Virus record (IMG/VR): IMGVR_UViG_3300010157_000064
Span: 1 to 63,556 of that record
Direction: 5' to 3' (one strand)
Source of the DNA: a virus
Lineage: Duplodnaviria; Caudoviricetes
DNA length: 63,556 bases
The translations under genes and the position numbers were made by a program. Positions 48,005-58,397 of this stretch are shown piece after piece. Below the pieces are notes generated by a model, which ran no database searches, had not been told where the DNA came from, and was given only the letters and a program-made list of their open reading frames with translations. The stretch's first letter is position 1, and the number at the start of each line of letters is the position of its first letter.

Positions 48005-48877
48005 GTGAATAGATTTTTTATGTTGATTTTGTTTGTTTTCTCTAGCTCTGTGTGTTGCTCAGCACCTGTCGAGATTGATCCTCTCGATAAGATGCCAATT
48101 ATGGAGAATTTGCCTTCGAGCTTAAGAGGCTATTCTCCAACAGAAGAAAGAGGCATAGAATACAGAAAATTCTTAGCTGCATCAGTGAAAATAGGATTTT
48201 TAAACGCAAGTGGTTCGGGTACCATAGTTTATTATGATGTAGAAAAAAATATTGCGTATGTTGCCACTTGTGGACACTTATGGGATAATGGGACAATGTC
48301 AGCAAAAGAAGGTGCTGCCAAAAAAATGAAATGTAAGGTAATAGCGTATTATCATAATAAAGAAAAATTAAAAGAAACAAAATCATATCCAGCAGATGTA
48401 ATTTTTTACAGCCATACAGCCGACCAAGATACAGCACTAATAACATTCAAACCTGATTGGGTTCCCGAATATTATCCAATAGCCTCATCAAATTATGTTT
48501 ACAAAAAAAATTCTATTGTCCATTCGTGTGGGTGCGATGGAGGAAGAGAAGTAGCACACTATTCTGTGAAAATCGATCAAGTCAATGATAATGTTATCAC
48601 TAAAATGAACAGTCCTAGACCTGGTAGATCTGGTGGTGGTTTGATGGATGATTCTGGATACTATATCGGTACGTGTTGGGGCACGCAGTATATCGATGGA
48701 AGTGGAATTGGTTATTTCACGCCGCTAGCTGATATTCATAGTTTTTGGGGAAAACAGTCTGGTTATGAGTTTTTACTAAACCGACCTCTTAAAGTAAAAT
48801 TCGCTCAAACAATTCCTATAAAAGATCACCAACAAAAAAAATCATATATCTCACCAGATTATATTTTAATCCCTTAA
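48005..48877 (+). CDS. trypsin-like (S1) serine protease with signal peptide
   Basis: GSGT, TCGH, DTALI, GRSGGGL; hydrophobic N-terminus; AGGAGG SD, GTG start. Confidence 0.85.
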   Translation: MNRFFMLILFVFSSSVCCSAPVEIDPLDKMPIMENLPSSLRGYSPTEERGIEYRKFLAASVKIGFLNASGSGTIVYYDVEKNIAYVATCGHLWDNGTMSAKEGAAKKMKCKVIAYYHNKEKLKETKSYPADVIFYSHTADQDTALITFKPDWVPEYYPIASSNYVYKKNSIVHSCGCDGGREVAHYSVKIDQVNDNVITKMNSPRPGRSGGGLMDDSGYYIGTCWGTQYIDGSGIGYFTPLADIHSFWGKQSGYEFLLNRPLKVKFAQTIPIKDHQQKKSYISPDYILIP

Positions 48878-49717
48878 TCAAAAATTCTTAATTATCAACT
48901 CTTTGCCTTTTTGCTTTGTTTTACTGGCACCATCCGCACTGGATGTGCCTGAGTACGTCCATTGCTCGCTTGATAAATTATAATCTTTGTACAGATTGCG
49001 AATAAAGGAATTATCATCGTAAGATAAAACAAACTTATGCTTACATTGCTTTATATCTGAGGCAAGCTTTTCGTGATCTGCAACTTCGAAGTTTTTATCA
49101 TACAGCCTAGAAGACTCAGGCTGCTGAGTATTACAGAAATATGGTGGATCTATATAGACCAAAACATCTGTGCCGTCCTCAAACAAAGGTGTTTCATAAC
49201 TACCTGATGTTATCTTCACATCTTGTAAAACTTGTGCAGCTTTTTCTAATTTGTTGGTCTTAACTATATTCCAGCCACTAGGATTAGAAAAATACATCCT
49301 TGATTTCATGCTATATCTGACTCTGCCACCCCAGACTGTTCTGTTAATGAACAAATATCTTAATGCTTGATCCATGCTTTCATCTTCAGAAAAAGCATCA
49401 AATATTTTTTTTAATTGAGCACTATAAATTGCTTTGCCATTTTTTGCAGCAATTAAACTGTCTTTTTTAGAAGCAGGTAGTATATTTTTACATTCTTTTA
49501 TGAAATCTGCTGATCTATTTTTCAAAGCAAGATATACAGATATCAAATTAGAGTCTATATCGTTGGCCCATCTTTTCAAATTAAGAGGAGCAGAAAATAA
49601 AATTCCACCTCCACCTGTCATGATGTCTCTAAGCTCTAGATATTTTTCTGGAAAAGATTGAAATATTTTCTCTTTAACAGATTTTCTACTTTTTCCACCC
49701 GGATAACGAAATATCAA
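48878..49717 (-). CDS. dam: DNA adenine methyltransferase (D12 class)
   Basis: RYPGGKS, GGGGI, ANDID, YIDPPY, KELIIKNF; likely TTG start after GGAG. Confidence 0.88.
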   Translation of the reverse strand: MIFRYPGGKSRKSVKEKIFQSFPEKYLELRDIMTGGGGILFSAPLNLKRWANDIDSNLISVYLALKNRSADFIKECKNILPASKKDSLIAAKNGKAIYSAQLKKIFDAFSEDESMDQALRYLFINRTVWGGRVRYSMKSRMYFSNPSGWNIVKTNKLEKAAQVLQDVKITSGSYETPLFEDGTDVLVYIDPPYFCNTQQPESSRLYDKNFEVADHEKLASDIKQCKHKFVLSYDDNSFIRNLYKDYNLSSEQWTYSGTSSADGASKTKQKGKELIIKNF

Positions 49718-50502
49718 GATTTCTCTCCAGTTAATGAATAAAAAGAACACATCTTTTTATATTCGCATCTTCTACATTGATCTCCAACTCTACCATAAAC
49801 ATCATTTGGGTTTGTTGATGTTATATGCTTGAAAGTGTCGTGAAGCTCTTTTTGTGCCGAAACCAAAGACTCTTCTGTAAACTTTGTGGCAACAAGATCT
49901 CCGCCATCCAGATAATACAAAGCTGCACGTATATTTTCAGGCTTTGCACCAAATTCTAGTTGAGCTACTCTAGCGTAGCACCTTAACTGTAGATCTTTCC
50001 TAATTGTATTGGCGTTCTTTCTCCATCTTCCCTTTTTCGTAGTCTTGTAATCTAAAATGAAAAATTTATCTCCCCGAACAATCAATCTATCAATAACGCC
50101 TGTTAAAAAATGATTATTGGGCGGATCTAAATCAAAATGAAAGAAATGCTCGACTTTCCCATCATAACCAATTTTGTCTGTGAGCGTTTTTATATTTTTC
50201 ACATGCTCTGCAAGCTTTTTCTTATATTCATTTTCTATAATAGCAGGCCCTTTTCCTTCTTCAACTTCAATTTTACCAGATAAACATTCTTTAGTTATTT
50301 CGTTTATATCTTTTTTGCCTTGTTCTTGAACATAGACTTCGGCAATTTTATGAACTAATTTTCCATAAATAAAATAAGGTTGCACTGGCTCGTCCGAAAC
50401 AAGCTTTAAGTGGTATTTATACCTGTATTTCGCCTGACAATCACTCCAAGTTTGTTGTCTAGATACCGAAATGTGCTCACATATCAACGTTTCTTCTGAC
50501 AT
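49714..50502 (-). CDS. Cas4/RecB-like PD-(D/E)XK exonuclease
   Basis: GKLVH, GVIDRL, LDYKT, QLRCY, CRRCEYKKMC. Confidence 0.85.
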   Translation of the reverse strand: MSEETLICEHISVSRQQTWSDCQAKYRYKYHLKLVSDEPVQPYFIYGKLVHKIAEVYVQEQGKKDINEITKECLSGKIEVEEGKGPAIIENEYKKKLAEHVKNIKTLTDKIGYDGKVEHFFHFDLDPPNNHFLTGVIDRLIVRGDKFFILDYKTTKKGRWRKNANTIRKDLQLRCYARVAQLEFGAKPENIRAALYYLDGGDLVATKFTEESLVSAQKELHDTFKHITSTNPNDVYGRVGDQCRRCEYKKMCSFYSLTGEKS

Positions 50503-50575
50503 AATCTGTATTGCCTTTTGATAAGATATACTTTATTATATAGCAGATCTTTCCCCCGCACAATAGAAAATCAAG

Positions 50576-51637
50576 ATGGCCATTGATTCTAAAAAATTTG
50601 AAAAATGGGCTATATCAAAATTTGGCAAGGATAATGTACAAGTAAAAGGCAAAGAGATAAAAATAAACACAATATTTGAACCAGATGATACTGGTCATCA
50701 TTTGTGGTGTAATCCTGCTGGAGGCCGGAAGAAACATAAATACGGCGTTTTTCATTGTTTTAAAACAGACAAAAAAGGAAGTTTGGTAAAGCTTGTACAA
50801 ATTGTCAATAGTTGTGACCGTGAAAGTGCAATAGATATTTTAAAGGGCAGAACGCCCATAAGAGAATTAGAAAAAAAACTAGAAGAATTGTTGTCGCACC
50901 ACGATGAAACAAACAAAGAAGAAATCAAACCAACGTTTAGACTGCCGCCCGAATGCTATTTAATTTCAGAACTGGGTAACAACAATTGGTGGAAGAAAAA
51001 AGCTGTTGATTATCTAGTTGGCCGGAAAATACCTATCGATGGGTTGTACATTTGCACAGGAGATAGATATAAAAATCGAATACTCATACCGTATTACGAT
51101 GAACATGGCAAGTTGATTTATTGGAACACAAGAGCACTAGGAAATTCTAAGTGTAAGTATCTAGGACCACCTAAAGAAGTTGGAGTGGGCAAAGAGGATG
51201 TAGTTTATATGGCGGGCAAATGGCCAGAATCTGGTCAGACTGTGTATATTTGCGAAGGAGAATTCAACGCAAAAAGTTTACAATTAGCAGAACTAAATGC
51301 TGCGGCCTGCGGTGGGAAAAACATGGGCAAAAAACAAGCAATTTTATTATCTAATTACAAGATTGTTTTATGCTTAGATAGAGACAAAGCAGGAAAAGAC
51401 GGCACTTCAAAGATGAGTTCCATTATCACATCGTTAGAAACAGCAAAAAGTGATGGAAAAGATAAAATTATGTTTGTAATTCCTCCAAAAGGATACAATG
51501 ATTGGAATCAGTTTTTAGTTAAAAACAGTGCGGAACTCTTATATCATTACATTATAAAAAATCAAAAAACAATAGATTACTCCGGACCTAGTGGAACGGT
51601 ATGTGATTTCTTTGGATTTAGCGACATATGGAGATAA
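50576..51637 (+). CDS. DNA primase (gp61-like, TOPRIM)
   Basis: FHCFK, YLVGRKI, RILIPY, ICEGEFNA, LDRDKAG, DWNQ. Confidence 0.8.
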   Translation: MAIDSKKFEKWAISKFGKDNVQVKGKEIKINTIFEPDDTGHHLWCNPAGGRKKHKYGVFHCFKTDKKGSLVKLVQIVNSCDRESAIDILKGRTPIRELEKKLEELLSHHDETNKEEIKPTFRLPPECYLISELGNNNWWKKKAVDYLVGRKIPIDGLYICTGDRYKNRILIPYYDEHGKLIYWNTRALGNSKCKYLGPPKEVGVGKEDVVYMAGKWPESGQTVYICEGEFNAKSLQLAELNAAACGGKNMGKKQAILLSNYKIVLCLDRDKAGKDGTSKMSSIITSLETAKSDGKDKIMFVIPPKGYNDWNQFLVKNSAELLYHYIIKNQKTIDYSGPSGTVCDFFGFSDIWR

Positions 51638-51638
51638 T

Positions 51639-52049
51639 ATGAAAATAACAACACTAAAAAAAATGCAAGATTTTGTTGGAAAGGTTTGTACAATTCTTAC
51701 AAGCTCTGTTTGTAAACCTAATTTTACAGACATTCAATTTCCAGATTTCTTTTTAGGAATCGTAGAAAGTATAGATGAAGATGGGATATTTGCTAAACAC
51801 CCAATGACGGGGTGTCAAAGCTTTTATAACTGGATCCACGTTGTTGGAGTGTTTCAAGAACAAGTAATATTAGAAGACGATCCTCAGTACGAAGAGCTAG
51901 TAAAAGAAATAAAGAAAGCTCCACCTCAACAACAAGCGAATATAGTTCCCGTAGATCCAAGTAAATCTCCATTTGTAGATCCTGAAAGCATGGCTAAATT
52001 AGCCAAACAAGCTCAAGATTTTCAAAAAATAATGATTCAAAAAAACTAA
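51639..52049 (+). CDS. hypothetical protein
   Basis: GGAG SD, follows primase. Confidence 0.6.
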   Translation: MKITTLKKMQDFVGKVCTILTSSVCKPNFTDIQFPDFFLGIVESIDEDGIFAKHPMTGCQSFYNWIHVVGVFQEQVILEDDPQYEELVKEIKKAPPQQQANIVPVDPSKSPFVDPESMAKLAKQAQDFQKIMIQKN

Positions 52050-54505
52050 CCACGAAGTTTATTTTTTAAATATTCGACTTTTTCAAAAATTGATTTGAAT
52101 GATAAAACGTTCCAATCTAGTTTTGGAGCCTCCTCATCAGGAGCTTCTTGTTGTCTTTGTCGATATGCTGCTAACCCACCTCCTATAATTGGAGCCTTAA
52201 GAGCAGGAGGTCTAGACACATCCGGTGGTTTTGGGACAGACAATTGAGGTGCAGGTACAGCACCGCCGATCCTAGGTGCAGAAGACATTTTTTCAACTTG
52301 AGCTGTTATAATTGTTTTTGGCACATTATCTTGTATCCAAGAAAGAATCTGGGCGTTTATTTGCTCATCAGTTTTGCCCGCATTTTTCAATTTCTCTTTA
52401 ATATCACCGTAGAATTTTCTTTCTCCTTTTTGTTTTTCTTCGCTATATGCATCTAAAGGATCGCCCATTTCAACGCTTTTTCTTATGTTTTTAAGTTCGG
52501 CAGCAGCAGCGGCCAGCATTTCATGTTTATCCCAGAGACTAGGAGCTACATGTCTGTATCTTATACCCGCTTCTGGTCTTTCTCCTGTGCTCGAAACATC
52601 AATATTTCCTCCTTCTGTGTCTGTTAGGCTTCCAGTTCGTGTGTTTGGTCTACGCCTTGTTCCTAGATCTTCTCCACCTAATCCATATCTTGATATGCGC
52701 TGAAGAATGCTAGAGGTTTTGGTTGCAGCAAACAATCTTCTTCCTTTGGCTGTTTCTAATTGGTCCGCACCCTTAGTCCTCTTTGCCATCATGTATATTA
52801 TTTGGTGTATGTCCTGCATTTGTCCTCTTGCAAGATCTCGCACAGCATCAGAGGCACCACCAGACATATTCCCTTCAATAGCATTTCTAATACCTTCTAA
52901 AAACTCTTTAACTCCATCAAATGTCACCATGTCATCTGTTGGAGTCTCAACTTCTCTGGCATACATGGCATTCTTTTTTCCTGTTTGAAAAACAAACTTA
53001 TTTGTCTGTAAATACTCCTCTTCTACTTCTTTGTCCCTTTCTAAAGACCCAGTTCTGGTCTGTGCCATTGTATTTTTATTAAGCGTGGGGCCGAATGTTT
53101 TTGTTCCCATAGTAGGACCAAATTCTAAAGAACTAAGCTTTGGCTCTCCTGTTTTAGAATCTACTATCTCATGTTTTGTCCAAATAGGTAATTCCGAAGG
53201 TCTTGTTTCGTCGTGCCACTTCTTTCTTAAAGATTTTGAAAGCCCTTCATGTTGTGAGTGGTCACTATTTATTTTTTTCAAATAAGTGGATGGTTTCACA
53301 AGAGGAGTCCACTTTTCTTCTCCATTTATAATCTTTTTTTCATGTGGCAAATAAATATTAGGCTTTATTATTTTATTGCCAATTTCGCCATCCTTATCTT
53401 TTTTTTCTATTATTCGAAACACTCTTTCTTCTTTAGAAAGGCCTTCTTCTTTTATTGTCCCATCATCGAGTAATACAGGGCCTGGAACCTTCGGAGCAAA
53501 TAATTCTCCTCTTTCTACTTTTTCGTTTACAATTTTTATTGCTGAGGCCTGTGCTTCTTCTTCAAATTTATCTCTTACGCTAGCAGGAACAGAATCGATT
53601 CTGATTTTTCTTTTTTTTACTCCTGTTACGGGGTTTCTTTCTTCAGGAGAGTCTTCTCCGGAATCTTTGGCTTTGGCTTTAAGATACTCGGTTATTTTCA
53701 TTTCTAATATATTTTCTTCTATGCTTTCTAGAGTCCAATCATATGTTGGATCATCTAAACCCACGGACATCCACATAATTCCATGATCTTTTTCTCCTAA
53801 AAGTTGATCTCTTACTTTATTGTGCGTGCCAAAATGACCATGAGAAGCATGTTGAAAATAATTTTTCAAATCTCTCTCCCATTGCTCATCCCCTACCCAA
53901 TTCGTTCCTCTAGAAATTTTCTTTGGTTTTGCTAACGGTTTGTTTTCCTCATCATGAGTTATTGTTTTTGGATAAGATAAATCATATCCATATTGACCTA
54001 TACCTGTGTTTTCAGATTCGGATTCTGGTAGGTGTGGTTCTCCACGAGTTCTTTCTAGTCTGTGATAAAGTCTATTAAGATAAGGCTTTGCTTTTACTTT
54101 GTAGTCCTTCTTACTTCGATAGCGTCTTAGACCTTTTTTTTCTACTCTTGCCATTGCTTTGAAATTAAATTCTTCTTCTTCATCTAAACCTAATTTTTTT
54201 AAGTTTTCTGTTCTTTTTTTAACTTCTTCAAAGGCATCATCATGGCCTGGCGATTTTGGATCTAATGCGTGTGGGAATTCTTTTTTGATCATATCCATTC
54301 TAATTTCATGAAGTTTTATCAACGCATCATGCAATTTGTGATATCTTAGAGACATAGCACTCTCCCAATAGTTGGAAGGAAATTGCTCTAGAAACTCTAA
54401 ATCATCTTTGTCGAAATTTAAAGGTATTCGGGAAGCCTCTCCTTCCATTTCGCCTTCTCCTCGTCTGGACATTTCTAAAAACATATTAAAAGACATTAGC
54501 GGCAT
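52046..54505 (-). CDS. large hypothetical protein (819 aa) with capsid-targeting-like N-terminus
   Basis: MPLMSFNMFLE; highly charged, Pro-rich tail. Confidence 0.65.
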   Translation of the reverse strand: MPLMSFNMFLEMSRRGEGEMEGEASRIPLNFDKDDLEFLEQFPSNYWESAMSLRYHKLHDALIKLHEIRMDMIKKEFPHALDPKSPGHDDAFEEVKKRTENLKKLGLDEEEEFNFKAMARVEKKGLRRYRSKKDYKVKAKPYLNRLYHRLERTRGEPHLPESESENTGIGQYGYDLSYPKTITHDEENKPLAKPKKISRGTNWVGDEQWERDLKNYFQHASHGHFGTHNKVRDQLLGEKDHGIMWMSVGLDDPTYDWTLESIEENILEMKITEYLKAKAKDSGEDSPEERNPVTGVKKRKIRIDSVPASVRDKFEEEAQASAIKIVNEKVERGELFAPKVPGPVLLDDGTIKEEGLSKEERVFRIIEKKDKDGEIGNKIIKPNIYLPHEKKIINGEEKWTPLVKPSTYLKKINSDHSQHEGLSKSLRKKWHDETRPSELPIWTKHEIVDSKTGEPKLSSLEFGPTMGTKTFGPTLNKNTMAQTRTGSLERDKEVEEEYLQTNKFVFQTGKKNAMYAREVETPTDDMVTFDGVKEFLEGIRNAIEGNMSGGASDAVRDLARGQMQDIHQIIYMMAKRTKGADQLETAKGRRLFAATKTSSILQRISRYGLGGEDLGTRRRPNTRTGSLTDTEGGNIDVSSTGERPEAGIRYRHVAPSLWDKHEMLAAAAAELKNIRKSVEMGDPLDAYSEEKQKGERKFYGDIKEKLKNAGKTDEQINAQILSWIQDNVPKTIITAQVEKMSSAPRIGGAVPAPQLSVPKPPDVSRPPALKAPIIGGGLAAYRQRQQEAPDEEAPKLDWNVLSFKSIFEKVEYLKNKLRG

Positions 54506-54584
54506 AGTATTTCCTCAACATTAGCGGGTTGAAATATATATCATCAATATTATGTTTTCTCTTACGGATTGAATATATAATACT

Positions 54585-55457
54585 ATGAGCAACAACACAC
54601 TTTTTATTCCTCGGCCAACTAAAGAGGATTACAATCAACTTTGCGGCCAAAGCTGCAATAACAGTCTCGGACCTACAGATCCTCTGTCAAAAATAGGCCC
54701 TAGAAGACAAAGAATAAAAGTTAGAGAACAAATAAAAGATTATGTTCTCACTATGTTAGGGGCTCCTGTGTTGCCTCTTGAGCTAGATAATCAACAATTA
54801 GAAAATGCAATAGACTTTGCACTGCAGATATTCGAAGATTATGCACCAATGGAATATTTTCAATATTACACATTTTACACAACACCTGGCCAAAGCGTTT
54901 ATAATCTTCCTCCCGATGTGGGATTTGTTAGACATGTATCATACAAAGAAACAGCAAATTATGCATTTAGTGCATCTGATCTTGGTGGTGTTATTCCTTT
55001 AGAATACATGGGAGCAGGAGCTTATGGCTCAATAGCGGGTGGAATAAATCCCCAACAACCTGTGTGGGGAAAGATGGGCGATTGGGTCATGTACAAACAA
55101 TACGAAGACATGTATAATAGAATATCTGGTCAACAAGGCGGTTGGGAATGGCTCGCTGGATACAACACTATCAAATTGTATCCTATTCCGTATAGAAGTT
55201 ATCCTGTTGCTGTGAGATATCTACAAAGACGCCCAGATTTCAATCAAGTTACACAAGGCATGCAAGAAGGTGCGTTAGCGTTTGCTAAAATTATACTCGG
55301 CAGAATTAGAAGTAGAATTCAGAATCCACCGGGTCCAAATGGTGGAGTTCAATTAGACGGCCAGCAAATATTGCAGCAAGGCATCGAAGAGAAGAAACAG
55401 TGGCAAGAAGACCTTCTTTTTAGATACGGCGATATTTTGGGCCCAAGGATGATGTGA
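54585..55457 (+). CDS. gp13: neck protein (T4 gp13-like)
   Basis: IKDYVLTMLGAPVLPLELDNQQLENAIDFAL; PNGGVQLDGQQI. Confidence 0.8.
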   Translation: MSNNTLFIPRPTKEDYNQLCGQSCNNSLGPTDPLSKIGPRRQRIKVREQIKDYVLTMLGAPVLPLELDNQQLENAIDFALQIFEDYAPMEYFQYYTFYTTPGQSVYNLPPDVGFVRHVSYKETANYAFSASDLGGVIPLEYMGAGAYGSIAGGINPQQPVWGKMGDWVMYKQYEDMYNRISGQQGGWEWLAGYNTIKLYPIPYRSYPVAVRYLQRRPDFNQVTQGMQEGALAFAKIILGRIRSRIQNPPGPNGGVQLDGQQILQQGIEEKKQWQEDLLFRYGDILGPRMM

Positions 55458-55516
55458 TGTAAGTATGTACACTAGCTAATGCACCTTGTCGAACAGATTC
55501 TTTCTTTGGACAATAT

Positions 55517-57232
55517 ATGATTCTCTATAAAAAAACTAAAGATGAATTAAATGTAGATTTTGATAATTGCAAAGTTTACGCCGAGATATTTTGCGAATGC
55601 GATTATTGTGGAGAAATCTTCAAAAGATCTAAAAGAAATATTCTTGTTGGAAGAAAAACAATACAAAAAGAATCTTGTAAGTCGAAGACATGCAATAAAG
55701 CAAAAAGAGAAGAATCTCAATTTAAGCTTTATGGGGTTAAAAATTTTGGGGGATCTAAAGAATCTTTAAAAAAATGCAAGGAAACATGTTTGAAAAAATA
55801 TGGAGTTGAAAACACATCGACTTTGCCTGAAGTAAAAGAAAAAATTAAAAATACAAACTTAAAAAGATATGGAAAATCTTCTTATTTAGCCACAAAAGAA
55901 TGCAAGGCTGCTACAAAAATAAAGGCCCAAGAATTATATGGGGTAGATAATTACGCTGAGGCCGGTGTTGTAAAACAAAAAATGAAAGAAAGTAATTTAA
56001 AAAACAATGGCGTGGATTACCCCATGCAAAGCGAAACTATAAGAAACAAATCTAAAAAAACTTGCTTAGAAAAATATGGATTTGAAAATGTTAATCAATG
56101 CAAAGAAATAAAAGATAAACAAAATGAAACTCTTATCAAAAGATATGGTTTTAAACATCCTTTGCAAATCAAGGAGTTCAAACAAAAACAACAAGACACA
56201 TTATTTAAAAACTATGGAGTCAATGTTCCTTTGCATTCTTTAAAATTAAGACAAAAATCTAAAGAAACATGTTTGAAAAAATATGGTGTTACAAGCCCTT
56301 TAAAAAACAAAGAAATATTTAGAAAAGTTCTTGAAACTAAAAAAGAAAGATACGGATCATATTATCCAAATTTTAAAAAATCAGAGAGCGAAATAAAAGA
56401 TTGGCTAAATGGTTTTGGTTTTAATTTTGAATCTGATGTCAATGTTTTGGATGGAAAAGAACTAGACATGCTTGATAAAAACTTATCATTAGCGATTGAG
56501 TATTGCGGTTTATTTTGGCACAACGAAAACTCTCCACAGTCAAGAGATAAAAACTACCACTTTAAAAAATATAAAGACTGTTTGGATGCTGGAATAAACC
56601 TGATCACTATTTTCGAAGATGAGTGGCTCCAAAGAAAGACGCAATGTAAAAACTTTATAAAATCAAAACTTAAAATTTTTGATAAAAAAGTATTTGCAAG
56701 AAAATGCAAGATACAACAAGTATCCAAAAAAGAAGCAAAAGAATTTTATGAAGAAAATCACATTCAAGGTCCATCCAAAGGATTGTTAGCGGCATATGGT
56801 TTGTTTAATCAAGAAGAATTGTTAGGCGTAATGTCTTTAGGTCGCCACCACAGAGATTCTTCAAAAATTACCTTGGATAGATTTTGCATTAAAGAAGGAT
56901 TATGTGTTGTTGGTGGAGCCAGCAAATTATTCAAAGCGTGTGTGGGTTGGGCAAAGCAAACAGGATACTCAAAAATAATTTCTTGGAGCGACAATAGATG
57001 GAGCGATGGGAATGTTTATAAGGTTTTGGGATTTAAACTCGAAGAAGAATTGATCCCTGATTATAGTTATGTTAATACAAAAAATCCCAATAAAATTCGT
57101 ATTAGCAAACAGTCCCAATCCAAAAAAAGAACAAGCTGCCCAGAGGGCAAAACAGAAAAAGAGTGGTGTCTAGAAAGAGGCTTTTCAAGAATCTGGGATT
57201 GTGGCAAAAAACGTTGGGTTTTTGAATTATAG
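55517..57232 (+). mobile_element. free-standing Hef-like homing endonuclease
   Basis: Repeated (K)ETCLKKYGVxN units; ELD...AIEYCGLFWH, IFEDEW; ARKC, NHIQG, GGASKL, IWDCG. Confidence 0.75.
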
Positions 57233-57251
57233 TCTGTTACATATATATCTC

Positions 57252-57791
57252 ATGAACTTTTACGAACTAGCTTTGTTAATTGAAAATGAAGAATCGAATA
57301 TTATACTGCGTAGTGTATTGAATTACCCTAATGTCTACATAGAAAAAGATCCGAAGTTTCATGGCGAAGAGGCTACTTGGGATTATCTTAATTCACGGTT
57401 AGAAGTTAAAATAATAATATACAAGGACTATTTAGAAAACTCGCATAAAAATCTAACTACGCAAGAATTTCATAAGAATTTTTTTCATCCTGACTTTGGC
57501 GTTATTCCCCATGAGTTGTTGGAGGGAGAACTGACTGGATTAATTATGCAGGAGAGATTTGAAGAGATACCATTTAAGTTCAAGGCCTCTTTTAATCATT
57601 ATTGGAATGATTTTAACAGATTGTTTAAAAAATACGAGTTCGATAAAAATGCTATAAATAATAATGAGCGTGCTTATAATGAGTTTGGTGGCTATGTTCA
57701 CGAAGTTATAGTGAATTCCACACCTGGTTATGATGCTTGGGGCAACTATGTTTATGATAAAATATTCAAGAAGGCTGTTTTTGAATTGTGA
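57252..57791 (+). CDS. hypothetical protein with capsid-targeting-like N-terminus
   Basis: MNFYELALLIE; HELLE...VHE possible metal site. Confidence 0.55.
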   Translation: MNFYELALLIENEESNIILRSVLNYPNVYIEKDPKFHGEEATWDYLNSRLEVKIIIYKDYLENSHKNLTTQEFHKNFFHPDFGVIPHELLEGELTGLIMQERFEEIPFKFKASFNHYWNDFNRLFKKYEFDKNAINNNERAYNEFGGYVHEVIVNSTPGYDAWGNYVYDKIFKKAVFEL

Positions 57792-57812
57792 ACAAAAATA
57801 CTAAATAAGTTT

Positions 57813-58397
57813 ATGAGAAGCTTTCAAAACTGGCGACAGGGTAACAATTTAACAGAAATTAATATCAGCAAAGAAGACTTTGTTAATATATGCAAAGGGT
57901 ACTTCGATTGTAACTTAAAAAATTCTTTACCAACATATTCAGAACATGTAATTAAGCCCATAATAGAAGCTGTAGAGACTTCGAGATATTCTGTAGAAGT
58001 TAATTATCGCACAACGGCTGATGAGTCTCTTGAGGGTTTTGCAAAGATTTGTTTAGGATACGTAAGTGCAGCTCTTAAGAAGTATGGATATCATACAAAG
58101 CACGTGTTTACAGAGAAGCCTTTGAGAATATTAGTTTCATCTAGAAACTGGGACGATGGCGAGTGGGCAGGCCTAGTAACTTGGAATCCTGATCATTCTT
58201 GTTTTGTTGTTAGCAAAGGGTTTTACAATAAAAATCGTAAAACCATATCCATACAAAAATCTACAAAATGCACAGGCAAGTCTGCTTCAGATATTACCCG
58301 TGAACTTCACAACATGATGTACTCTCTAAGGAACGAGCCTAATAATCACACAGAAAAACTTAAACCGGTTCCTTTAAAACGTGGTCCCAAAAAATGA
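57813..58397 (+). CDS. hypothetical protein with capsid-targeting-like N-terminus
   Basis: MRSFQNWR...LTE; CTAAATA 5 nt upstream. Confidence 0.6.
   Translation: MRSFQNWRQGNNLTEINISKEDFVNICKGYFDCNLKNSLPTYSEHVIKPIIEAVETSRYSVEVNYRTTADESLEGFAKICLGYVSAALKKYGYHTKHVFTEKPLRILVSSRNWDDGEWAGLVTWNPDHSCFVVSKGFYNKNRKTISIQKSTKCTGKSASDITRELHNMMYSLRNEPNNHTEKLKPVPLKRGPKK

Noticed and set aside
49714-50502. Cas4-like gene as evidence of a CRISPR-Cas system
   Set aside because: No array or other cas genes seen; solo Cas4-like nucleases are common in phages
55458-57250. Homing endonuclease as part of a group I intron in the neck gene
   Set aside because: The neck ORF appears complete with its own stop, flanks are too short for a ribozyme core, and no second exon is evident
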